A DNA stretch of 25,035 nucleotides from a virus (taxonomy: Duplodnaviria > Caudoviricetes): positions 1 to 25,035 of IMG/VR virus record IMGVR_UViG_3300020042_007778; one strand, given 5' to 3'. Of this stretch, positions 15,704-23,565 are shown piece by piece. Position numbers and translations under genes: made by a program. Under the pieces are notes generated by a model. That model was given only the letters and a program-made list of their open reading frames with translations. It did no database searches and was not told the DNA's origin. The stretch's first letter is position 1; every line of letters begins with the position of its first letter.

Positions 15704-16267
15704 ATGGCAGAATCACCACTCATTGGATCTCGCGATTTACAGCACAAAGGTCCACTTATTCGCCTACTCCGTTGTATGGTATGTAACAGCTGGGAAGAAC
15801 TACCAGACTGGGATGGTGCAGTAGAAGAAGACTTCCTACTAGAAGTCATAATTGAAAAACACAAGTTTCCTTCAGGCGAGCCACACAAAGGCAAGCTGTT
15901 TAAGATCCCAATGTCATACTGGGCAGACCGTGAAAAGCGCAAAGCTGTACTAGACCAATTAGGTGGCGGTGGATCATTAGGTCTAGACGCACTAGACCCA
16001 GACAAATCTTTTTATGAGAGCAAAATGCAGTTCTCAGAAGATGCAATGACCTGTTGGAGGTCCAAGCTAAAACCAACCGATGGGTGTAATGAGTACGGAT
16101 CACCTGAAAAACGCATCCTACCTAAGACAGCAGTAGAGCGTAAAGAACTAGGATTACCTAGCCCTAAAGACGCCCCAGGTCCAAAAATTTATATCTGTAA
16201 TTTCTGTCCTATTCACTCAGTAGTTACGACTCAAAACCGTAAAAAGCAAGGAATGTACGATAAATAA
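15704..16267 (+). CDS. hypothetical zinc-binding protein
   Basis: 187 aa, 'CMVC...H...H' and 'C...C...CNFC'. TAAGGA SD. Confidence 0.82.
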   Translation: MAESPLIGSRDLQHKGPLIRLLRCMVCNSWEELPDWDGAVEEDFLLEVIIEKHKFPSGEPHKGKLFKIPMSYWADREKRKAVLDQLGGGGSLGLDALDPDKSFYESKMQFSEDAMTCWRSKLKPTDGCNEYGSPEKRILPKTAVERKELGLPSPKDAPGPKIYICNFCPIHSVVTTQNRKKQGMYDK

Positions 16268-16380
16268 TGGCAAAACCAAAAGGTGCACGTAACGACAGCC
16301 GTCCTAACGGTAAAAAATCAAAAACAAAACCACAAGTATTCGATGCAATTAAGCGTCGTTTAGTAAACAAGGAGAAATAA
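16267..16380 (+). CDS. 37-aa basic microprotein (not in ORF track)
   Basis: MAKPKGARNDSRPNGKKSKTKPQVFDAIKRRLVNKEK. TAATG coupling, exactly fills the gap. Confidence 0.7.
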   Translation: MAKPKGARNDSRPNGKKSKTKPQVFDAIKRRLVNKEK

Positions 16381-16665
16381 ATGGATACCTATTTCGTAGT
16401 AACAATCAATTCAGACGGCACATTTGAGATGCACTCAGAAGTACCAGAAAACCTAGAAAAAAGCCACGAGATCACTATTTCTGAGATCTACACTATTGTG
16501 AAGCAAATTGTACAGAATGTAGAAGCCCAGATGGTAGCAGACCGTGTTACAAACTCAGTTTTGGCTGCCCTCGCCCCACAGGTAGAGCAGACCGTACCCG
16601 ACAAGGTAAAAGAAAAGCTAAAAGAACGCGGAATTAAGACCGATTCTGCAGAGGAGACAGCGTAG
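16381..16665 (+). CDS. hypothetical protein
   Basis: 94 aa, AAGGAG SD. Confidence 0.78.
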   Translation: MDTYFVVTINSDGTFEMHSEVPENLEKSHEITISEIYTIVKQIVQNVEAQMVADRVTNSVLAALAPQVEQTVPDKVKEKLKERGIKTDSAEETA

Positions 16666-16668
16666 AAT
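16663..16668 (+). promoter_or_regulatory. candidate -10 box (TAGAAT) for a leaderless transcript
   Basis: A TANNNT hexamer ends 6 nt before ATG 16675. No SD at normal spacing and no consensus -35. Confidence 0.5.
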
Positions 16669-16674
16669 AGTCTT

Positions 16675-17562
16675 ATGACTATTAACGCCAGACCTACTTC
16701 GTATTTCAGCGTGCCCAGTCCTACCCTGGACCCTAAACTATTTCAGGGTAGGACTTTGCATTCTGGCGTTAGATCAGAAATTACAGCCATTTTACAAAAG
16801 TACTTGAATACAAAGTACAACCACCCTGAGATCTGGTCGCACGCATGGTTAGCAGGATCAGGTGTTTCGCACCAGTGGCAGTCAGCTAGAACCCCAGGTG
16901 ACCTAGATTGTTTAGTTGGCGTAGATTTCCCACAGTTTAGACGTGCCAACCCATCGTACCAAGGATTGTCAGATAAAGAGATTAGTTCTGAGATCAATGA
17001 AGGATTTAAGTTAGAACTAGGTCCACAGACAAGTAACTGGAATGGTTACGAACTAACTTTTTATGTAAACCCTACAGGTACAGATATAAGAAATATCCGT
17101 CCATATGCAGCGTATGATCTAAAGTATGACGAATGGACAGTTACTCCAGATCCACAGGCACAGCCACCGTATAACCCAGAGTGGGAAAAAGTAGTCCAAG
17201 AAGATTCTAACAAAGCACACCAGATCCACTCAAGAATTACAGCTGCTGTTAATGAAATTCAAATGTCACCAAACCCAGGAATAAAAAGAAACGCCGAGTT
17301 AAAAGCAATAAGTGCTGGACAACAAGGACTAGCGTTGTTTAATGAGCTACATTCTAACCGCAGTCAAGCGTTTAGTTCTGGTGGTCAGGGGTACTCAGAT
17401 TTTAATAACTACCGTTGGCAAGCAGGTAAGCGTGAAGGCACAGTTCAAAAGCTACAGGGTATTAGTAAATACCTATCAGGAATGACAACCAACAACTACG
17501 GTATTGAGCTGCCAGATGCAGCCACTCTAATCCGCAGAGCCGCAGTCTACAGGAGCAATTAA
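16675..17562 (+). CDS. DNA polymerase beta-superfamily nucleotidyltransferase
   Basis: 'WLAGSGVS...GDLDCLVGVD' matches hG[GS]x(9-13)DhD. 'YELTFYV' supplies a candidate third acidic residue. Confidence 0.75.
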   Translation: MTINARPTSYFSVPSPTLDPKLFQGRTLHSGVRSEITAILQKYLNTKYNHPEIWSHAWLAGSGVSHQWQSARTPGDLDCLVGVDFPQFRRANPSYQGLSDKEISSEINEGFKLELGPQTSNWNGYELTFYVNPTGTDIRNIRPYAAYDLKYDEWTVTPDPQAQPPYNPEWEKVVQEDSNKAHQIHSRITAAVNEIQMSPNPGIKRNAELKAISAGQQGLALFNELHSNRSQAFSSGGQGYSDFNNYRWQAGKREGTVQKLQGISKYLSGMTTNNYGIELPDAATLIRRAAVYRSN

Positions 17563-17666
17563 TGTCATTACAAGATTCATGCCACAAATGTGGTCACGAG
17601 TTATTAGCAGGAATGTGTATAGAAGACTATTGTAAATGTGATTGTTTAGGAGACGATTATGAATGA
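17562..17666 (+). CDS. 34-aa Cys-rich microprotein (not in ORF track)
   Basis: MSLQDSCHKCGHELLAGMCIEDYCKCDCLGDDYE. AGGAG SD and TAATG coupling. Confidence 0.68.
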   Translation: MSLQDSCHKCGHELLAGMCIEDYCKCDCLGDDYE

Positions 17667-18132
17667 TAAACCAGAAGAAAACCCAAACGTAGGTAAGCAG
17701 TTTGAGGAAATTATGGGGAATAACTTTACCCCAGAAGAGTCAAAAGAGATGGAAGTACGTTCTAAGTACGGTCATTTGTTTGGAGACGAATCAGACACAG
17801 AAAATGAAATCTCTAGTGAAACAACCGCTATTTCTAGAATGCATGATTTTCCAGCTAGTATGATCCACTATGATGACACGTATGGGTATCACGTAAAGAT
17901 GACATCTCCACGAGGATGGACACACATCTGGGCAGGTGGTCCATACATTGAGCACCAATCTAGACCAGGTAACACTGAAGATGTAACAAACATGGAAGAT
18001 TACTCTAAAAACCACGATGAACAACCTTACTACAAAGGTATTTCAATGTCGACCTTTTTAGGTCATGCTAATGATTTTGAAAAAGACGCAGAAGACAACT
18101 TTCCAGACGACCACAAACCACCAAGACCATAG
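17659..18132 (+). CDS. acidic His-rich hypothetical protein
   Basis: 157 aa, AGGAG SD. Confidence 0.78.
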   Translation: MNDKPEENPNVGKQFEEIMGNNFTPEESKEMEVRSKYGHLFGDESDTENEISSETTAISRMHDFPASMIHYDDTYGYHVKMTSPRGWTHIWAGGPYIEHQSRPGNTEDVTNMEDYSKNHDEQPYYKGISMSTFLGHANDFEKDAEDNFPDDHKPPRP

Positions 18133-18140
18133 ATTGAAAA

Positions 18141-18626
18141 ATGAGAATATTAGTAGAAATAGACGGAGTACTAAAAGGTAGAAAAGACGGTGTAATAGCC
18201 ACTGGGTTTCTTACCTATGGACCACTCACAGCCTATAATCAGATCGTTCTAATGACAGAAATGTCTAAAGCTGAAGCTGAAAGATGGCTGGATGTCAATA
18301 AAATTGTAGATTATGATTTACTAATCGACAGCTCAGTACACCTCGAAACAGAAAATTTACAAGAGCGTCAGATACAAGTAGCCCGATCTCGTGGTAATAT
18401 AGACTTGTTCATAACTAGCAATCCTAAGTTATGGGTGTACGCATTTGAGCAGGGCATCCCGAGTATTATGTTTGGTGTTCCAGAATACCTACGTGTAGAG
18501 TTTAGACCAGATGCACCAAAAAAGATACGCTCATGGGATCAAGTACAAGAGGCAGTAGAAAAACAAAACATACTAAAAACACAAGATGCACGATTACAAC
18601 GAACCGAAGGACTAAATTTTGAATAA
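18141..18626 (+). CDS. HAD-superfamily-like protein (degenerate motif I)
   Basis: N-terminal 'ILVEIDGVL' compared with canonical hhhDhDGxL. 'IVLMT' resembles motif II. Confidence 0.6.
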   Translation: MRILVEIDGVLKGRKDGVIATGFLTYGPLTAYNQIVLMTEMSKAEAERWLDVNKIVDYDLLIDSSVHLETENLQERQIQVARSRGNIDLFITSNPKLWVYAFEQGIPSIMFGVPEYLRVEFRPDAPKKIRSWDQVQEAVEKQNILKTQDARLQRTEGLNFE

Positions 18627-18963
18627 ATTACCTGTAACGATTAAAATTGGTACCCAAGACTGGACCGTTGTAGAGCACACTTCCAAAGAAGACGGTATGT
18701 TGTATGAAGACAACTACGGCTACACACTAGAGCGTCGCAATATGATAGTGATCGACAAAGACGCATCCGATAGCCGTAAACGCCAAGTTTTGATGCATGA
18801 AATCCTTCACGCCATTCGTTTTACTTTTTTTACTGGAAGTAAGATGCCATCAAAGCTAAATTTTGAGGATACCGAGCACTACTTTATTGGTATGTATGAA
18901 GAAACCTTATTGATGGTTCTAAAAGATAACCCACCACTAATAGAGTACTTACTGGGCAAATAA
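18619..18963 (+). CDS. HExxH zinc metallopeptidase-like protein
   Basis: 'YGYT...IVID...QVLMHEILHAI...E'. TTG start overlaps the upstream stop. Confidence 0.75.
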   Translation: MNKLPVTIKIGTQDWTVVEHTSKEDGMLYEDNYGYTLERRNMIVIDKDASDSRKRQVLMHEILHAIRFTFFTGSKMPSKLNFEDTEHYFIGMYEETLLMVLKDNPPLIEYLLGK

Positions 18964-20462
18964 TGATTATTTTTGGTGGGGTAGAGATACCCTCAAATCG
19001 TACACTATTGGAGCGTTCTGGAGTAACGAACGTAATGCTGAATTATTGGGGTCTCCGTAAACGTGGGCTACCTAAAACCAAGATATACCTCATAGGCGAA
19101 CACTTTTTACCAGAAATGAAGGTATGGGTAGATTCCGGTGCAACCCAAGCAGACAAAGCGAACCTTTCTAGGAAAGAGCTAGAAGAGTACGCTGCTGATT
19201 ACGAAGAGTTTATTGCTAACAATTATGCCCGTATTGAAGGGTTTACAGAGTTTGATAGCCAGGTACTAGGACTACCAGCAATTAACCAAAATAGAGCAGT
19301 GTATCAAGGTGACCCTAAATTGTGGGTTGTATGGCACGAAAGCTATAAGACGATCGTTTTAGAAGAGTGGGCAAAAGAGTACTCTAACATAGCCATTCCA
19401 GGTACCGAAATCGAGGCTGTAACGTCGCTAGCAGCCATTACAAGAAGACTACAGCAAAACTACCAGGTATCTTTCCACGCCCTTGCTACGGTCAAACCAG
19501 ACAATTTACGTCAAATACCCTTTTCTAGTGCCAGCACACTATCCTGGCTAACTCCAATGAGAAGAGGAGAGACAATTGTATGGGATAATAGTAAACTAGT
19601 TAGATACCCTAAAAAAATGAAGGCTCAAGCTAGAACCAGATACAAGAATATAGTAGAAAAAGCCGGATTAGATTTTAAAAAGTTTGTAGAAGATGACACA
19701 TTAGAAGCCACCAAAGTCGCAATTTGGTCTTATTTACAGTTAGAGAAAACAATGGACAAAGACAAACCAGAGCTAAAAGTTATCCAAGGTGGTAAGAAAA
19801 ACCCACTACTATCTGATAACAGTGACGATACCCTATACACCGGTTTGATGCAAATGGGGGGGTATGGTTCTAATAACAGTGATGAAATAGATCTCAAAAA
19901 AGAACGCACTGAGGTGGTACAAAGAGACCCTTCTGAGGTCAGTTCTATGCCTGTTTTTGGGTATGAATACAAGACTGTAATAGAAACAGAAAACGGTATT
20001 GACATACTAAAAGATGTACCAGTTGTTAAGTCAAACAGCACCAGTTTAAGGCAGTGCAACACCTGTTTTGTTGCTGCAAATTGCCCTGCATTTAAGGAAG
20101 ATAACACCTGCGCATTCAACCTACCAGTAGAGGTAAAAACTAAAGATCAACTCAAATCTCTGCTAACTGCAATCATAGAGATGCAGGGTCAGAGGGTAGC
20201 ATTTATGCGGTTTGCAGAGGAATTGAATGGTGGTTATGCAGATCCAAATGTGTCACAAGAAGTGGACCGTTTGATGAAGCTAGTTAAGTCAATGAAGGAA
20301 CTTGATGAGAACAAAGAGTTCGTCAGGATTACTGCTGAGCGCTCCTCTAGTGGTGGTGTTTTATCTGCCATATTTGGTGACCGTGCACAAGCACTTAGGG
20401 AGATGCCTAACACCATAAATGCAGATCAAACCAACAAGATTATACGTGATTCAATAGAATAG
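18963..20462 (+). CDS. TGT/DpdA-like TIM-barrel domain fused to Cys4 zinc + helical domain
   Basis: N-half has 'VWVDSGA', 'EFD', 'VVWH', 'IAIPG', 'FHALA', 'SASTLSW' in the order seen in phage transglycosylase-like proteins. C-half has 'CNTC.....C........C' followed by helices. The CDS is certain but the fold is an inference. Confidence 0.55.
   Translation: MIIFGGVEIPSNRTLLERSGVTNVMLNYWGLRKRGLPKTKIYLIGEHFLPEMKVWVDSGATQADKANLSRKELEEYAADYEEFIANNYARIEGFTEFDSQVLGLPAINQNRAVYQGDPKLWVVWHESYKTIVLEEWAKEYSNIAIPGTEIEAVTSLAAITRRLQQNYQVSFHALATVKPDNLRQIPFSSASTLSWLTPMRRGETIVWDNSKLVRYPKKMKAQARTRYKNIVEKAGLDFKKFVEDDTLEATKVAIWSYLQLEKTMDKDKPELKVIQGGKKNPLLSDNSDDTLYTGLMQMGGYGSNNSDEIDLKKERTEVVQRDPSEVSSMPVFGYEYKTVIETENGIDILKDVPVVKSNSTSLRQCNTCFVAANCPAFKEDNTCAFNLPVEVKTKDQLKSLLTAIIEMQGQRVAFMRFAEELNGGYADPNVSQEVDRLMKLVKSMKELDENKEFVRITAERSSSGGVLSAIFGDRAQALREMPNTINADQTNKIIRDSIE
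19804..19824. repeat. imperfect 21-bp palindrome copy (CACTACTATCTGATAACAGTG)
   Basis: Shares the exact 15-mer TATCTGATAACAGTG with 20467-20481. Confidence 0.7.
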
Positions 20463-20481
20463 TTGTTATCTGATAACAGTG
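20461..20481. repeat. 21-bp palindrome copy (AGTTGTTATCTGATAACAGTG), putative protein-binding site
   Basis: Perfect core TGTTATC-T-GATAACA at 20464-20478, immediately after the stop codon. Confidence 0.7.
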
Positions 20482-20554
20482 TATTACAGACCTTGAAACA
20501 TGGTCCACACTATTTTTGAGTTAATACATACAAAAAAATAGTTTTATGTGCGAT

Positions 20555-20583
20555 TAGACAAAGCACCCTTCATCGTGTACACT
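20555..20583 (+). promoter_or_regulatory. sigma70/SigA-type promoter for RNR
   Basis: TAGACA(20555-20560)-17 bp-TACACT(20578-20583), with an A/T-rich tract upstream. Confidence 0.6.
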
Positions 20584-20635
20584 AGTATTCTTCCTAAACA
20601 GCAAATACCCCCCTTATTAACGATTGAGAGTCACT

Positions 20636-22672
20636 ATGACCATTTTTTCCTTTAAACTATCCGAAGAGTTTGTCTCCGGTTACAAAACCAAGAAAGCCCC
20701 TTTTGGCTATTCAGACGTAGCTGGTAACTCTGTAGGTGAAATCACATTCTTACGTACCTACTCTCGTAAGAAAGAAGATGGAACTAAGGAAACTTGGGCA
20801 GAGGTATGTGAGCGTGTTATCAACGGCATGTACTCATTGCAAAAAGACCATGCAAAACAGAACCGTTTGCCATGGAGCGATGCAAAAGCCGCTGCTAGTG
20901 CCAAAGAAGCGTTCGATCGTTTGTTTAACCTAAAGTGGACTCCTCCTGGTCGTGGACTGTGGGTTATGGGAACTCCATTAGTAAATGATCAACGTAACTC
21001 GGCTGCACTTCAAAACTGTGCGTTCGTGTCTACCTTGGAAATGACCAAGTCAAACCCAGGTAAGCCGTTTGCATTCCTTATGGAAGCGTCAATGCTGGGT
21101 GTGGGTGTTGGATTTGATGATAAGGGTGCTGATAAAGGATTTGAAATCTACATTCCGGGTCCTGTTCAAACCTACGTTATTCCAGACACTCGTGAAGGTT
21201 GGCAGGAAGCAACTGTTGCCCTAATCAACTCATACCTAAAGCCAGAACAGCCAAGCCTAGAGTTTGATTACAGCGAGATCCGTCCTTATGGCGCACCTAT
21301 TGCAACATTTGGTGGAACTGCCTCTGGTCCAGATCCATTGATTGAACTCCACAACAAGATTCGTGGAATTTTTGATGGTCGTGCCGGTAGCCTTGTAACC
21401 ACTGTTGATATTGCAGATATTGGTAATCTAATTGGTAAGTGCGTAGTTTCCGGAAATGTTCGTCGTTCAGCTGAGCTACTTATCGGTCGTATTGATGACG
21501 AGAACTTCCTAAACCTAAAGAACGCCGAAAAGTTCCCTGAACGTAACTCCTATGATTCTGAGAACCCAGGTTGGGGATGGATGTCAAACAACTCTGTGAT
21601 GGTCAATGTCGGCACAGACTTTTCTAAGATTGTCGATGGGATCATTCTAAATGGTGAGCCAGGCGTTATCTGGGAAGATGTGTCAAAAGCGTATGGTCGT
21701 CTAGGCGATCCAATTAACAACAAAGACCACCGTATTATGGGATATAACCCTTGTGCAGAGCAGTCTTTGGAGAGCTACGAAATGTGTACTCTTGTTGAAA
21801 CATACCTAAACCGTCACGATAGTCTAGAAGACTACAAGCGCACTCTTAAGTTTGCCTATCTTTACGCTAAGACTGTTACATTGTTGCCTACCCATTGGGA
21901 AGAAACCAATGCTATTATGCAACGTAATAGGCGTATTGGAACATCTATGTCAGGTGTAGCAAACTTTGCTGATCGTAAAGGGTTGCCAGAGCTACGTACT
22001 TGGATGGATGAAGGTTACGAGGTAGTAAAGAAATATGATACTACTTACTCTGAGTGGCTAGGTATTCGTGAGTCAATCAAGACCACAACTGTGAAACCAT
22101 CTGGTACTGTCTCTATTCTAGCTGGCGAGTCTCCAGGTGTCCACTGGACTCCAGGTGGTAAGTTCTTTAATCGTGCAATTCGTTTTGGAAACGATGATCC
22201 TATGTTGGCGTTGTTCAAGATGGCTAATTACAAAGTTGAGCCAGATATGTCTAACCCAGACCACACAACTGTTGTGTACTTCCCAATTAAGTCAGATGCA
22301 GAACGTGCAGAGCGTGACGTAACTATCTTTGAAAAGATGGCACTTGCTGCAACTGCTCAGCGTTACTGGTCAGATAACTCTGTATCTGTGACTATCTCGT
22401 TCGACCCTGAGACAGAAGCTAAGCACGTGGAGTCTGTACTTCATATGTACGATGGTCAGTTGAAGACTGTATCATTCTTACCTTCAGGCAATATGACTTA
22501 CCCTCAAATGCCTTACACCCAAATTACAGAGGAAGAGTACAACAGCTATGCGTTGCAACTTTTCCCAATTGATTTTTCTGGAGTATACGCTGGTATGGCT
22601 TCAGATGCTATTGGTGAGGCTTACTGCACCACAGACGCTTGTGAGGTAAAACTCATCAAGGATAACCAATAA
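20636..22672 (+). CDS. nrdJ: class II (adenosylcobalamin-dependent) ribonucleoside-triphosphate reductase, monomeric type
   Basis: 'RTYSR', 'PPGRGLW', 'LQNCAF', 'GNVRRSAE', 'NPCAEQ', 'TTVKPSGT', and C-terminal redox pair 'CTTDAC'. No beta-subunit gene is adjacent. Confidence 0.95.
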   Translation: MTIFSFKLSEEFVSGYKTKKAPFGYSDVAGNSVGEITFLRTYSRKKEDGTKETWAEVCERVINGMYSLQKDHAKQNRLPWSDAKAAASAKEAFDRLFNLKWTPPGRGLWVMGTPLVNDQRNSAALQNCAFVSTLEMTKSNPGKPFAFLMEASMLGVGVGFDDKGADKGFEIYIPGPVQTYVIPDTREGWQEATVALINSYLKPEQPSLEFDYSEIRPYGAPIATFGGTASGPDPLIELHNKIRGIFDGRAGSLVTTVDIADIGNLIGKCVVSGNVRRSAELLIGRIDDENFLNLKNAEKFPERNSYDSENPGWGWMSNNSVMVNVGTDFSKIVDGIILNGEPGVIWEDVSKAYGRLGDPINNKDHRIMGYNPCAEQSLESYEMCTLVETYLNRHDSLEDYKRTLKFAYLYAKTVTLLPTHWEETNAIMQRNRRIGTSMSGVANFADRKGLPELRTWMDEGYEVVKKYDTTYSEWLGIRESIKTTTVKPSGTVSILAGESPGVHWTPGGKFFNRAIRFGNDDPMLALFKMANYKVEPDMSNPDHTTVVYFPIKSDAERAERDVTIFEKMALAATAQRYWSDNSVSVTISFDPETEAKHVESVLHMYDGQLKTVSFLPSGNMTYPQMPYTQITEEEYNSYALQLFPIDFSGVYAGMASDAIGEAYCTTDACEVKLIKDNQ

Positions 22673-22686
22673 AATAAGGAGAATAT

Positions 22687-22863
22687 ATGTTCGGAAAACT
22701 AAAAAAGCTAATAAACCAAATTGAACTTATTTGGGCTTACATCGACACTCACAAGGATCAGATTGCTCAACTGCAAAAGGATCTAAAGGCAACGCAGGCT
22801 ACAATCAAAAAGTTGACTGCTCCTGCACCTGCACCTGCTCCAACAAAGAAGACTACTAAGTAG
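22687..22863 (+). CDS. 58-aa coiled-coil protein with APAP/Lys tail (not in ORF track)
   Basis: TAAGGAG SD. Translates as MFGKLKKLINQIELIWAYIDTHKDQIAQLQKDLKATQATIKKLTAPAPAPAPTKKTTK. Confidence 0.75.
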   Translation: MFGKLKKLINQIELIWAYIDTHKDQIAQLQKDLKATQATIKKLTAPAPAPAPTKKTTK

Positions 22864-22870
22864 TTAAAAT

Positions 22871-22907
22871 AGAAAAAGCCCCTGGTCTTTGCCAGGGGCT
22901 TTCTCTT
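22871..22907. terminator. bidirectional intrinsic terminator
   Basis: AAAGCCCCTGG-TCTTTG-CCAGGGGCTTT stem with an A-tract 5' and a T-rich tract 3', between convergent genes. Confidence 0.9.
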
Positions 22908-22917
22908 ATGCTCGATA

Positions 22918-23475
22918 CTAATCAGTTTGAACTAAACGTACAAACCTGATCTGACTGTTCTTGTAATTAGACAGTGGTTCGATAACGGTTGTTTTACGTG
23001 CTTGATTAGCGTGAACAATTTTGTTATTTCCAATGTAAATAGCGGAGTGATAAAAATTGGTGCTGTTTTTGTAAGCAAACACAACTATATCTCCAAGTTT
23101 AGGGTTAGATACCCTAGTGCCAATATGACCCTGTTTATTTGCTGAGTGCGGAATGTCTAATCCAAATCGAGCATACGCCCAACGAACCATTCCTGAGCAA
23201 TCCCATCCATAAGGAGAAGATCCTGAAAAGACATAAGATGTTTTTTGAACTCTAGTCTTTAGATACTTTACTACTTTGTTCATTTTTACAGTGTTACGGC
23301 TTATCTTGGCTTGCTTTACTAACCCGCTAGTGTTAAAGGAGCTTGTTGCTTGTACAACGGGTTTTTTAGCCACTTCCACAGTGTTTGATGAATCTGCTAT
23401 TGAAACAGAAGCAGAGCATCCTGCTAAAAGTAAAACGCCAATTCCAGTTAAAGTAATGCTTTTCCTGGTCATCAT
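22918..23475 (-). CDS. NlpC/P60 peptidoglycan endopeptidase with lipoprotein-type signal peptide
   Basis: 'YVFSG...GWDCSGMV', 'GDIVVF', 'YHSAIYIG', 'IVHA' give the Cys-His-His triad. N-terminal K/R, a hydrophobic stretch and LAGC lipobox. GGAGG SD. Confidence 0.9.
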   Translation of the reverse strand: MMTRKSITLTGIGVLLLAGCSASVSIADSSNTVEVAKKPVVQATSSFNTSGLVKQAKISRNTVKMNKVVKYLKTRVQKTSYVFSGSSPYGWDCSGMVRWAYARFGLDIPHSANKQGHIGTRVSNPKLGDIVVFAYKNSTNFYHSAIYIGNNKIVHANQARKTTVIEPLSNYKNSQIRFVRLVQTD

Positions 23476-23489
23476 ATAACCTCCTATCC

Positions 23490-23530
23490 AAGACCCCTAG
23501 CACAAAAAGGTTTTTGTGTAGCTTGGTCTT
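23490..23530. promoter_or_regulatory. inverted repeat upstream of NlpC/P60 gene
   Basis: CACAAAAA-GG-TTTTTGTG (23501-23518) is nested inside AAGACC...GGTCTT. A minus-strand TTGACA lies just upstream. Confidence 0.5.
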
Positions 23531-23565
23531 TTTATTTGTCAACGGTGTGGTTTTTTGATGCTCTT

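Noticed and set aside
539-20416. Minus-strand ORFs in the track within the + strand arm (e.g. 2183-2569, 14868-15167, 15679-16005, 19730-20119)
   Set aside because: They are antisense shadows of well-supported + strand genes and show no recognisable motifs.
20500-20635. NrdR box or cobalamin riboswitch upstream of the class II RNR
   Set aside because: ACACTATTTTTGAG only partly resembles the NrdR consensus and has no clear partner box. The leader after the predicted promoter is too short for a B12 riboswitch.
3573-22672. Inteins or introns in polA, recA, helicase or nrdJ
   Set aside because: The ORFs are uninterrupted and of ordinary length, with no C...HN intein termini or homing endonuclease motifs.
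22819-22842. Short tandem repeat GCWCCW
   Set aside because: It is explained by an Ala-Pro linker in the 58-aa ORF.
23476-23565. c-di-AMP (ydaO) riboswitch upstream of the NlpC/P60 gene
   Set aside because: The region is only 90 nt and AT-rich, and it lacks the conserved riboswitch motifs.
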